A stretch of DNA of 64,000 bases from the NCBI GenBank assembly GCA_051453625.1, contig JBOZIK010000001.1, positions 27,666,937 through 27,730,936 of the forward strand, read 5' to 3'. This stretch comes from Welwitschia mirabilis (lineage: Eukaryota). The position numbers and the translations under genes were made by a program. The notes under the pieces were generated by a model. It searched no databases. It worked only from the letters and a program-made list of their open reading frames with translations, and was not told the origin of the DNA. This document shows positions 24,139-37,041 of this stretch, piece after piece (the stretch's first letter is position 1; every line of letters starts with the position of its first letter).

Positions 24139-26799
24139 GAAAAGATATTTTATATGATGAAGACATTCATGATAAATTTATATTATAAGAAGATAATTCT
24201 TTATAGAAAACTATCATTTTTATTAGAAAGATAGGGCTACATGCCATCATGATCTATTATGAAAATAGCATATATGTCTACTAGTATTACTTATGAAAAC
24301 TAGGTAGATAGAATGACATTTCACTGGTTATACTAGTTTCAAAGAATTAAAACCTATGTGAAAACCACTTTTAAAGGGGATAATTTAATGATATATGGAG
24401 ACATATATATGAATATATATGAATATACTTATGAGTATAATTAAGCTATAGGTGAACATTTCCTTTAGCACTATACTCATGATATATTTTAAAATAGATT
24501 TGTTACATCTGATATACTAATATTTTTATTTAATGATCTATCTTACTAAGGAAAAAATTAAAATGTCTAATTTGATGTAGAAATGATAGAATTGGATGTT
24601 AGTTTTAAACAACATTTGTATTCCAATGAAACCTTCCTTTCATATTTGTGATTGCTCTATAGAAGATAAGTAGCTAAATAATTGTAATATATTACAATGC
24701 ACATATAGTAGGATTAGTATTAAATCATAACATAATAATGTTTATAATATTAATTAAACTAAATTAAGCAATGTATAGCTATTTTTAGTATATTTATTTA
24801 AATAAATAACCACCTTCGTTTCTTTATGTTATAAGTAGTAAATGTAATTCAAAGTATTACCTAATTAATAGCACTATGAATGATGAATTTCAATGACTTA
24901 GACTAGATTCATAAAGCTAGGTAATAATTATTGTTAATTTTATGATTAGATTTTGAATTGTATGTGATTGTAGATAATTAGAAGTAAAAGCCAAAATGTA
25001 GAAAATTAAATATCACCTTATTTGCAACTTATTTTTCCAAAAACTCAATGCAAAGTTTCATCAAAAGAAACATAGTCTATACATTATTTAAAATTTGTTT
25101 TTAATTTATGTCATATTTAATCTTAATTTTTCATATTATTATTTAAATAAATAGTTTAAAATTGCCATTTTTATATTAAAAATAAACTAATCCATTGTCA
25201 TTTCTCACTATTATAGGTTTCAATCTCAGACCCTATTACATTTAGACTAGAATAAGCTCATCCCACTATCTACTTTAAATTTTATAAGTATTGTCATCAA
25301 AATCCATTGATGTTGCCTTTGCTTGTACATCTCATTATCTATTATAACTCTTCACCATTATGTTCTTTTATAAATATCATACTTTCTTCATAGCCTTTTC
25401 TTATCTTAATTGTTATAACCATTACATTCATTGGTGCTACTAAGTTATTGAATCATCATCATTACTGATTTCATCCTTTTATTTATGATGTACTTAGCCA
25501 GTTCCATCTTACTATGTAGCCTACAGTCAATTTACTAGTGTTTCTATCAAATTCTTAGTACTAGTGATTATCATCATAATTAATTACTATCATCATCTTA
25601 CTTCTATAATAATGCTATTTCACTTCATTCTTTTTCCATATACTTATAATTAAAAATTATAAATGACATTAGCATTACTTTTACTAGTGCAACTCTTAGT
25701 TTTAAGGCTTTCTAAATATTTAGATCTAAATACTTATAGCCTTATCTCTGTTATGATCTATAACTCCTTTAACATTTTTTTAAAAAACTTACCATCAATG
25801 TCACTATTTATCTTTCTAATGTGATTGTTTATTTTCATCATAGAAACTATATTCAGCACCATCATATTAGGAAAATTTGAGTTCTTCATGGATAATATGG
25901 ACCAAATAGATCAGGAATACCTTATGTAGAAAAGTGGATAAAATTATTTTCTAGGATAATTTAAAAAATAATATAATAATCTATTATCTTACACATAAGT
26001 AAAGATGAGGAGATCTTAGAGAAAGAAGTAAATACTTAAAATCTCATAATATAAGTTTAGGGTATTACCTTTAACATCACTCCTACTTTAATTTTTACAG
26101 ATATGGGTATACCTAATTCTAATTTTTCATGTATTTAGTTTAAAAAATATTTATATTTTTTCGTAATGCGTTATATATTTGATCTTTCTTAAACAAGAAT
26201 GAGGGAATTCCATGTAAATATTTATTTAAAAATCTATTGGCATTATTTAGATTTATTAGTATAAATGTGTAACAATTTTATATGTTACTCATGCTTGCTC
26301 CTCTTATCTATTTTTAATTTTTATTATTTAAAATTATAAAAATTTAAAATGTATAAATTTATTTTCCATGTACTTAAGAAGATAAGGGAAAGTTTCAGAA
26401 AAGTTTCCCTCTCTACTATTGTCAATGATATTATGAGACATGTAGAAAATAATAAACTTTTCATGATGAGGTATGGAGCAAAAATTGTTAACATGTAAAA
26501 GTTGATATTATGATTAAGTTAAATGACTAATTAACTTTAATAGAAGATATTAATATAATTAATTTATTCATAAAAACATATCTTTTATTTATTTTCATAT
26601 TAATTATGAAATTAATTAATTTTCATAACATCTTTACATAAATTATTCTTAATTGAAGGATATAACTTAATTTCATGATCATCAGAGATAAAATATCAGC
26701 ATCACTATCTAGGACCACTGGTGTCACCAACCTTTCTACATAGATTAATGTTAAACTTATGTTTTTAGATTGTCATGAAAAATTCAATAAAATGTAGTT

Positions 26800-27809
26800 A
26801 TGAAATTGATATGATTCCATACTAAAAATCAATTGCATTCTTGATGACACATGACGATGATGATGAGGATTTGTAATGTGACATTTGAGAAGGCTAAGAA
26901 GGATGATGGTGGAAACACATGGCATAGACAATGGTTGGTATCATCTACAACATTTCAGAGCCATGTATTAGCATTGACATAAGCATCTTTACCAAATGGA
27001 AAAGAAGACAAACAACCCTACCTAATTGTTATGTAATTGTCCACCTAATGCTACAAGCTAAGATCTTATAACTATCACTCACTCCCATCTATCCCTATAA
27101 AATGATTTTAAACCATTTATTATATCATCTTTTAGCTATGCAAAATTGTAAAACTTTAAAGCATTAAATTGTAATGGATTTTTAAGCATCTATTTGGGGG
27201 AGTAAGCTAGTCTTTAAGAATTTAGAATTTCTTCTTGTATTTCTCTTTTGTTACTTTAAATTTGTTTCATTTTGCAATATAAAATTTATTTTCCTTTGAT
27301 TTTAATTCATGAGTAACATTATAATTATAATGGTTATGTAACTACTTTAACCATTAAACTCTATTGCATTTGAGTGAGATCTTTTAATGCTTGGTTTAAG
27401 TCATTTAAATTTATGAATTTGAAGTACTTAGTTTCTTACTTTCCATTATTATTTTAGGCTTTAGAAACTAAGTGGAAATTAAGTTCACCATTACTCATAT
27501 ATGAATGAGATAATATCACCATGGTTTAGACCAAAAGAATTTGATTATATAAGTGTGTTACAAGAGGAAAATTGGACAACACTAGAGTGAAGAATTCTTA
27601 GGAACAAATTAATGAGACTTTGAAGCTAGTTTGTTTCCCTTTTTTCTCAAGACAAAGTTAAAACCTCAATTCAAAATTCACCTCTCTCTTTCCCTTTCTT
27701 AAAATTTTTACTTATATTAATGTTTAAGATAGTGTAATTCTAAACCACTACCCATGTTATCCCAGAGGAAAAATGATAGCTAAGTGCAAATGTACCCCAT
27801 ATATAGACA
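26800..27809 (+). mobile_element. Athila-like LTR, uninterrupted homolog of the split LTR at 3639-8409
   Basis: Collinear similarity to both 3870-4252 and 8135-8380. Ends ...ATAGACA; left boundary approximate. Confidence 0.65.
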
Positions 27810-28334
27810 TTGTAAAATAACAAATAATACTGTCATATCTTATATTGCTAATAGGTACATCATACAAGTTAGAAAATATACTTGATTAACTTCCTAGAGG
27901 ATAAGTTAAGAAATTTAAATATTAAAAGAAAAAAGAAAAAGAGAAAAAGCCACCTTTACCTCCACCTTATCATAAAGCCATAACACCATAATAAGTAAAA
28001 ATTAATACTATTTTCAAAAAAATCTATTAAGAATTATTTGATTTAGGTAAACATGCATACATTTTGTTTACTTAAAATTTTTCTAAAATTGAAAATTTTA
28101 TAAAGGAAATTAAATTCTTATGATGAGTTTAATTGCTAATCTTTTAATTTTCATAATTACTCTTTTGATATATGACTATTAATTAATGGTTCTAAACTCA
28201 TCAATTTACATAGATTTAGTTATTAATATGATACATGAATAAGGCATATAAAAAATTTTTAATTACAAGATAACCTTTATAATACTTCATTATATGAATT
28301 TGGTAAGGGATTAGCAAATGACTAGTTAGGGGGT

Positions 28335-29700
28335 TCATTTAGGCTTAACCTTTTATATATTAAATGTTAAACATTACTAAATTAATAGTTTTTCAATAAT
28401 ATAATTATAATATTTTTAATAATTTATTTCTAATCATCTTAATTCATGAATTACTCAAATTTTTATTAAAAAGAATTAAATTTTGGTATTTTACTTACAA
28501 GTTATTTTAGATTTCATTAGTATGAAATTAGCTAAAGGTATTGACACTTTTATCAAGAAAACTAGCACTTATAATGTTATAAAGTAAAGCGGATTACATA
28601 AATGAGGATAAGCTAATCAAATAATAAGATGACTTATTAATCTTATATCCTAATGCTAAAGTAGTCTATGAAGAAAAGGGATTATATATCCATGTCCTAG
28701 TATATAGGAATATTTTTTATTCAAATATTAATAAAAAGAATGAAATAATGGATATCTTAAGCCCTTCATCTTGTTCTATAACCCACCTTAGGAGTTACGC
28801 ATCCTTTATCCTTCATCTTTCATCTTTAAGTGATATAAGGATCTTTGAATTTGTCATCACTAAAGTACTACTCATTATAATTTATTGAAAATTTGCTAGA
28901 TTAGATTTTGAATTCTAATGGCTATGATGAAGGCTTTACATTATTAGATTTTAGTGTTATTTATTCCTTCTTGAGTATGATGAAATGAGTATTTCATGCA
29001 GCATCTTCTATACATTTTATTAGTCTTTATTTTAGATTAGGCAATCTCTATATTAACCACATCATAATGAATGAAATTTTATCTATGATGAAATTTGCTT
29101 TACTTTTCTATCTTTGATTTAATTTAGATTATTGATCATGTAAGAGTGGTTTATGAATGTTCTTTTATACTCATCTCATAAAATCATTCCTTTAATGATT
29201 AGTAGGATTTAGATGATTTATATGCTAGTAGATGATATCTTTTATGTTATCATTTTATTTTCCTACGTTTCATCATAAGATGTAATATTTTCATTACTTG
29301 TACTTTATTCACATTTAGAATCTATAATGGAATAATTTAATACTTGTATAAGAAACCAATTTGTACTTAAGGAATTAAGTTTTAATTGACTAAGGTTTAC
29401 ATGATAGATCACCTTTTCATTAGGTAAACCTAGTTCTCATGAGTAGTTATTAAATTAATTGAATATTTTATTTAATTATTTTCTAAAACAATTATTACAC
29501 TAAAATATATATTTGAAACCTTTGCTAATTTACAAAATATTTAAAAACATATTGCATTATTTATGAGAGAATATAAATAAAATTACATGTCCTACAATAG
29601 AAGACCTACTTTAATTTTTAAAATTACTATAAACACATTAATCATTAGGGCATATATTATATAGACCACAATCTATTTTAGAAATCAAAGTGTAGAAAGG
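28335..29700 (+). mobile_element. Athila-like 3' LTR, homolog of the LTR at ~9500-10792
   Basis: Preceded by TTAGCAAATGACTAGTTAGGGGGTT (PPT context). 28800-29690 aligns with 9900-10780. Confidence 0.6.
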
Positions 29701-29755
29701 CTTGATGTTATATTGTGAACTTCAATATCCTATTATGAAGGCTGACATTACACAA

Positions 29756-32700
29756 TATTACATCTCAAACTTTTTACAACACTAATTACATTACTATTAG
29801 CATTTTAATTGTCATTTTTCTAAAATACTAGCATAGATATCTATATCTTGGTCTATTTTTATGAAATGATGATAGAAAGAATTTTAATCCTAGAATTCTC
29901 TTTTATAATATTGATAGAAACAAATATAAGTTTTTTATTAATACTATGATATGGTTATAATGTTTAAGTAAATTTTTAAAAATTTAAGTTAAAATATTTG
30001 ATTTTCCTTATGTTCATAGAACTATATCACTAATATAGACTATGATTCATTAAATCTAATGAATAGTATGTTAAATTATTTATTATACTTGATCTTATAT
30101 TTACAAAGAACACGTGCTAACATGCAACCTAGTAAATCATCATGAAAGTTATGTTGCTTGAGTAAAAAGGAATCCTATCCAATGTTGCATAGAAACAAGC
30201 TTTAGTAATAGATATATGTATGAATGATAAAATTTTATGTTCAAATATGTCATTACTAATCAAGTAATTTTCTTTATTGTCATGAAAAATTTATACTTTT
30301 CATAATAAAAATAAATGTTTGAATTTTATTATTAAAATATTTGAAACTAATAAGAATTATTAAAAACATCAACTAGATCTTCTCGCACCGTTTTCCTTTC
30401 ATTGGAGGCTAGAATTTGATAGACTTAAAACCTAATAGAGTAGCATGACTTTGATTCATGTATTCTCTTAAGCCTAAAATTGTACAATATCAGATGATTA
30501 AAGAAAAAAAAAAGAAGCTTTCTAACCTAGTATAAAGGATCTAACTAGAAATGTATTTACTAAATACTCATTTTCCAACTTAGTGTCCTACTAATATGTC
30601 TATTCCTTTTTAGAAAATATGACTTTGAATATATCTAATCCTTAATTTAATAGTAACTAGTAGGATGTAAATCATAAGTTTTTATTCTTGTAGAATATGT
30701 TAAAATATAGAATTTATAAAACTCAAAATTTATAAAGGAATATATGTCAATCATAANNNNNNNNNNNNNNNNNNNNNNNNNNNNNNNNNNNNNNNNNNNN
30801 NNNNNNNNNNNNNNNNNNNNNNNNNNNNNNNNNNNNNNNNNNNNNNNNNNNNNNNNAAATTTATAAAGGAATATATGTCAATCATAAGTAATATGCATGA
30901 TTATGTAAGGTTACAATATGTGATATAACTATATTTACTATCATCATTATCAGAATGGATGAAGTATCATAAGTGTACATGTAGCATGTAGGTATATTAA
31001 GTATCTATATAGATGTAGATGTATATCTTTAATAGCCAATTTAGAAAATTAACCTCACCTAAATAATATGAACACATAAGTATGTTTATGTATATAGTAA
31101 ATACATTTATATATGTATATATATCATACACTTATATTTTTATAGGTAAATATAAAAGTATATTGATATAATATTTATATGTAATATAATGAATATTTAA
31201 AGATAAAACTATTTTAACATGTCCATATACGCATATAAAAATATGCCTATTATATAAATAAATAAATTAAACTATTATTTTAGATCCTTTACCAAATATT
31301 TTTTATACACTTTTGATAGCTAATTCTATGTCTTATGATATGTACCAATACTTTCTTCTTATCTGTATTATATTTACCTTTGATAAAAGCCATGTAATTG
31401 TTACATCATCCTGAAATGATAAAATGGAAGGCTAGGTGGAGGCTAACATTTTAAGTTACTTAGGCTTATCATTTTAATAAAAATTTTTTTACATCATTGT
31501 ATGTGAATTATATATAGGATACACCATTCATAAGAGAAGACAACAATACTATTTAAATATATGGATTAAATTCTCATGCATATTTCAATGCTTACATAAA
31601 TCATGATTATGAGAAATATAAAGAAGTTTTAATAGGTAACAAACTTAAAACTGAATAGGGTGAGGTGGCCACCGATGTCACGAACTCCCACCATCCTTTT
31701 CCTCTTTCCTAGTGCACCAACATCTCTTTTCTTAACATGTGAACTTTCCTCTTATCTAACATTAACCTTCATTCTTAAATACCATCACCTTATCCTTTAT
31801 TTATTTTTAAGGAGGAAATTTCCTCTACCTTAGGCATATCATGTAGCTTTCATCCTTTTGAAATTGGAAGCCCTTACTCAAGATTTTGATAATTTTATAG
31901 ATGCTTTAAGAAGGTCTAAGAGAATAAAGGTTGAGTTACTAATAGAGTGTTCTAGTCTATTGGAAAAGAAGAAGAATAAATGATTGGAATAAAAGGGAGG
32001 ATTATGGAAACTCTCAAGAAAAGATATGTTTCTACATTAGTTTTCCAAAATGAAATGCTCTTAGAGTAGAGGAACATAGTAAGAAGCAGTATATTTTGAA
32101 GGGACAAAAAAAATTTTAATGTGTGGTTCTAGGAGATATTATTATTTTTTATTTTTATTAAAGAGACTAGAAAGGATATTTAACAGATATTAAGGATATT
32201 TTATTTTTATTTTTATTCTTTATTAAGATTTTTTAAAGTAATATTATATTTATTAGGAGTTTTTTAATTAAAGAGATGTTCAAGAGATATTATTATTATT
32301 GTTTCTAGTAGGTTAAGAAGATAACAATATTTTTTTTATTACTGTCAACATCATTACAATCATGATTAGTATTAATAATACTAGTATTAATATTATAATA
32401 TTTTCATTATTAAATGTAAGATTAAGAACTCATATTGGATAGTCAATGTGTAATAGCCTTAGACTATAGGAACCAAATGCTTATTAGCAATGTTAATTGA
32501 TCACCCATTCTTAATTATAAGAATTACAACTTATAGTAGTACTAGAAATATTTACCATTTCATAGTATTCTTATTTGTAATTAAAAAATAATAACTAAAT
32601 GGAAAATTTGTAGGATTCTACTAATATTATTCTTCATATATGAAACATAAGATAGTTGAATAAACTTTTCCATAGTAGAACAAGTTCTTAAATTCCTATG

Positions 32701-34008
32701 GGTTATGTGCACATGTAAAAAACATTGCCTACCTAGATAAAAAGGGTTATGTGCTTATATAACTAAAACTATGTATCTAAGTAAAATTAGCTATGTGCCT
32801 AAGAGATAAAGCTATGTCCTAGGCAAAAGAGGTTTATGTGCCTACTATCCTATGTTACTTCTTATTATGTCTTAGATATACATAACACTTTTAAATTTTC
32901 TTTGAAATAGATGCACGACCTTATTTCAAATAAATAGATGTTTGACCTTGTTTCAAACAAATTAGACATGTAATAGATTTAATGATGACACATGAGGTTC
33001 TAATGATCTTAAGTTATTTCTTTTGTACTTATTACTATGCATTATGATCTAATGGTTGCAGGATAGAATATTCTTAATTTATTCATTTATTAATAGTTAG
33101 ATTTCATGAAACATCTAATATGTGAAGTCATATGTGATTTTTTATTAATTTTCATAACTTTTTATTATAATGATATTGTATTGTATTTCTTAAAAATATA
33201 TATTTATAGTTGCTTTGTATTATGAATTAAATGGTACATATTTAAATTTTTACACATAGTTTCTTTTTCAATCTTTTCTTTTATACCATTGATACTATGT
33301 CTTCTATGAAGTGTATTATAATATTTATATTTAATACTTACTATTTATCTATAGAATGGATGACTATATCCTATAGAATATTTTTTATTTCTTATTTGAT
33401 AATTATTTTTCTTTCTTAATTTATATCATCATTGGATATTTAAACTTTGATGATTCTAATCTTATGGATCCTAATGATTTATACCATTTTTCTGTGTATT
33501 TAAAACTAGCTCTACTAATTGATGTGTGAGGTTATGCCTACACATAAGAGATAACATTTTATACTTATTCTTAATTGCAATTTCTTTATTTCAAATGTCT
33601 TATGTATAGTTAATTATCAATTTCTATGAATGTTCCATTTTATGCTATGATTAGATTTGAATTCTTGAATTTTCATTTCTTAATATAGTTTTGTTTTGAC
33701 ATTATACAAGTCAAGTTATAAAGAATTTAGTTGTAAGTTTTCTTAGCTTAATCATAGAAAGTAATATCTATAATAATAGGACATTATGATCACTTAAAGC
33801 TACTTAAACATCATATTAGTGGTCTCATAGAAAATGATGTAGTTTTTATGAAAAATGCTTAGTGATGTTGCACATATGTAATTTGTAGAAGGAAACTAGT
33901 ATGGGCTATGAGTAATATTGTGTTATTTAAATGAATAAGTTATCTAAGATCTATATACACTATTAATATTACATTAAAAAATTGGTGCAGAATTTTTAAG
34001 ATGCTATA
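29756..34008 (+). repeat. 5' LTR (~4.2 kb) of the Tekay-like element
   Basis: 29756-32000 aligns collinearly with 51471-53900. Followed by TAATATTAGAGC (34012-34023), a deaminated TGGTATCAGAGC PBS. Confidence 0.75.
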
Positions 34009-35790
34009 TGCTAATATTAGAGCATAGAAGTAGAAAAGCATAGTAGTAAAAGTTATATGTTGATTATGTGTGATATGAAGTTTTATTATTACTTCTTTTT
34101 TTTTTTGTTTTTTTTTGGTGATTAGCTAACTTAGAATATCATCTAAGAAATCATCCCATAAAAATGAGAAAGTTACAAAGAGTTAGCTTAATGTGGATTA
34201 GATGATGGATCTAGCCTTTGTAGAGTTCCTAGAGAACATGCACACTTATGAATAAAGCATGGAAAATACAACTAGAAATGTGGTTGTTGACTTCTAAAAG
34301 GTCATATCCCTAGTGCTTGAAGGTTTTGAAGATACTATAGAGGCTGAAGCATGCATTACTAAGATTAGTAATCTATGTCAAACTAGGCACTATTTTGAGG
34401 AGAAGTAGGTGAAAAGAGCCATTTGTTTCTAAAACTCAGATGAATCTCTTTGATAAAAAAATAAACAAGCAAAGTTAAATTATTCTACATATGATCTCCC
34501 CTAGGAAGTCTTTTTAGAAATAGTTCATATGATAATTAAAAGCAATAAAGGAAATTTATGCTTTTAAGCAAGTAGATATGATAGTTTCTTAGTGTAAAAT
34601 TAAATTTTTATCTCTTATGCTATGTTCATCAATTGAATGATGATGAGACATGGAAGGAAAGTTACTTTATAGAAAGACTACATCCTACACTTTTAACACC
34701 TAAGACCTTATTGCAAGTAATATTCAAGGAACATATATCATATGATAACTAAAAGAAACATAATAAAAAATAATTAATAAAAAAGGATAGATTTGCTTTT
34801 AATATTAGGATATGATAGTTTAAGAAGGATATCATAGTTAAAAAGATTGATGAATCAATTAAAAAATAGTGGCCCTTAACAAAGCATCAAAAATCCTAAG
34901 GAAAAGTATAGCATAAATAACTCCCAAAGAAATAGGTATAGAAATGTAGAATCCAAACTTTATTACTATAATTATGGTAGAGATCACATGGTAAATTGGT
35001 ATTCTAGAAATCATAAAAATTCTTTTAAAATATGTTCTAAGTGTAATAGATTATATTATAAGAGGAATTTCTTACTACTAAAATGAAAACCTATAAGCTC
35101 AATTGTTTTAAGAGCATAAAATAAACTATAAAGAAAGTTAATGATAACATGCTCTACACAATTAGTAGCATCTTTTCTTGTAATTATAAAGGAAATAGGT
35201 ATGATATCTAAAAATCCCATCTTAGTTTGTTTTAATAATGAAGCTACATATTATTTTATCTTCCTTAAATATATGAAATGATGTAAATTAGAAAAGTGAA
35301 AATGCTACATCAATGAAAGATTAATTTAGCCATCTGCCAAAAGAAAATTGATCAAATTATCTTCTACTCTTAAGAAATTATAAGAGAAGAATCCATTATT
35401 TGGTGCTTTATAGTAATAAACATGGAATCTTATGATCTTTTATAGAACTAGATTGGATGAGTTAACATAAAGATACCATAGTAAATTTTGAAAGAGTAAT
35501 TAACGATATTGTAAATTGAAATTATTCAAAATTTTAAAGCCCTCAAACCCTAGTTTTGGGAGAATTCTTAAGGAAAAATAGTTAGAAAGGGATATGGAAT
35601 AATAGGATCAAATATTTCTAGAAAACATTAATATGGAAGAAGAATCCAAGAAAGAGGTTTTTTTCCCCCTCTTTCATTAATTGAACAATACATAGATGTA
35701 CTTGTGAATGAACTCCTTGGTTATGGAGATAGAATTTACTATAGATCTTCTACCTAGAACTAGCATAATTTTCAAAGTTCCATATAGAAT

Positions 35791-37041
35791 ATAACCTAAT
35801 AAACATGTACAGATTAAATTATAATTACTAAAGCTCTTAGATAAAGTATTTATTAGGCCTTATGTCTTATAATGGAGACAATCACTACTCTATGTTAATA
35901 TAAAGGATGGTATATTAAGGCTCTACATAAATTGTAGATAGTTAAATAATGTTATTATCAGTAAGAAATACTCACATCTAAGGCTTAATGATCCATTTGA
36001 TCTGTTAAATGTTGGGGTGTGTATTTGTGCAATAGTTCACGTTCAAATTCAATCCTGTTAATTATAATTAAGATGCAAAATACAACACGCTANNNNNNNN
36101 NNNNNNNNNNNNNNNNNNNNNNNNNNNNNNNNNNNNNNNNNNNNNNNNNNNNNNNNNNNNNNNNNNNNNNNNNNNNNNNNNNNNNNNNNNNNATAAAGGG
36201 GGAGACCTTTATTTATAGGCAAAAAAGGGAAAGTGACTAACAAAAAAGTATAAGACAAACTCTAACTATGGAGAAAGGGAAAGTCATAAATAACAGGCGA
36301 TAACTCGGGAATACAATGTGTGAAAGTATAAGAGAGGAGTATCGTCCTGGTTGTCATCCGGACGATGGAGGAGACGACAGGGTTTTACAAGGTGATATCT
36401 TATTTTGCTTCCACTTCATCTATTTGTAATCTGCATGCAAACTGATGTCGACTGATTCTGAAGATGTCGTCCACNNNNNNNNNNNNNNNNNNNNNNNNNN
36501 NNNNNNNNNNNNNNNNNNNNNNNNNNNNNNNNNNNNNNNNNNNNNNNNNNNNNNNNNNNNNNNNNNNNNNNNNNNNNNNNNNNNNNNNNNNNNNNNNNNN
36601 NNNNNNNNNNNNNNNNNNNNNNNNNNNNNNNNNNNNNNNNNNNNNNNNNNNNNNNNNNNNNNNNNNNNNNNNNNNNNNNNNNNNNNNNNNNNNNNNNNNN
36701 NNNNNNNNNNNNNNNNNNNNNNNNNNNNNNNNNNNNNNTAGAAACTGAGCATTTATCTATTAGTTTATCTGCAAAACAACTCAAAATACCCTATCAAATA
36801 CACTTAAGTTGGTGTTGCAACAATAACCTAATAAACATGTACAGATTAAATTATAATTACTAAAGCTCTTGGATAAAGTATTTATTAGGCCTTATGTCTT
36901 ATAATGGAGATAATCACTACTCTATATTAATATAAAGGATGGTATATTAAGGCTCTACATAAATTGTAGATAGTTAAATAATGTTATTATTAGTAAGAAA
37001 TACTCACATCTAAGGCTTAATGATCTATTTGATCTGTTAAA
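35791..37041. repeat. 219-bp direct duplication (35791-36009 and 36823-37041) flanking the LTR
   Basis: Both copies run ATAACCTAATAAACATGTAC...GATCTGTTAAA. I count 5 substitutions, all transitions. Confidence 0.92.
36010..36822 (-). mobile_element. Family A LTR (apparently solo, two internal gaps) inserted in the Tekay RT
   Basis: TGTTG...GCAACA termini; the reverse complement matches both ends of 21959-23059; retains CpGs. Confidence 0.88.

Noticed and set aside
19918-24234. Long ORFs made of X, CVCV or HTHT (also 36019-36784, 49788, 52499-53079, 61026-61306)
   Set aside because: They are artefacts of N gaps and CA/TG microsatellites, not proteins.
24137-26700. AT-rich stretch examined for genes or DNA transposon termini
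   Set aside because: No motif, terminal repeat or internal homolog could be supported; probably unrecognisable TE debris.
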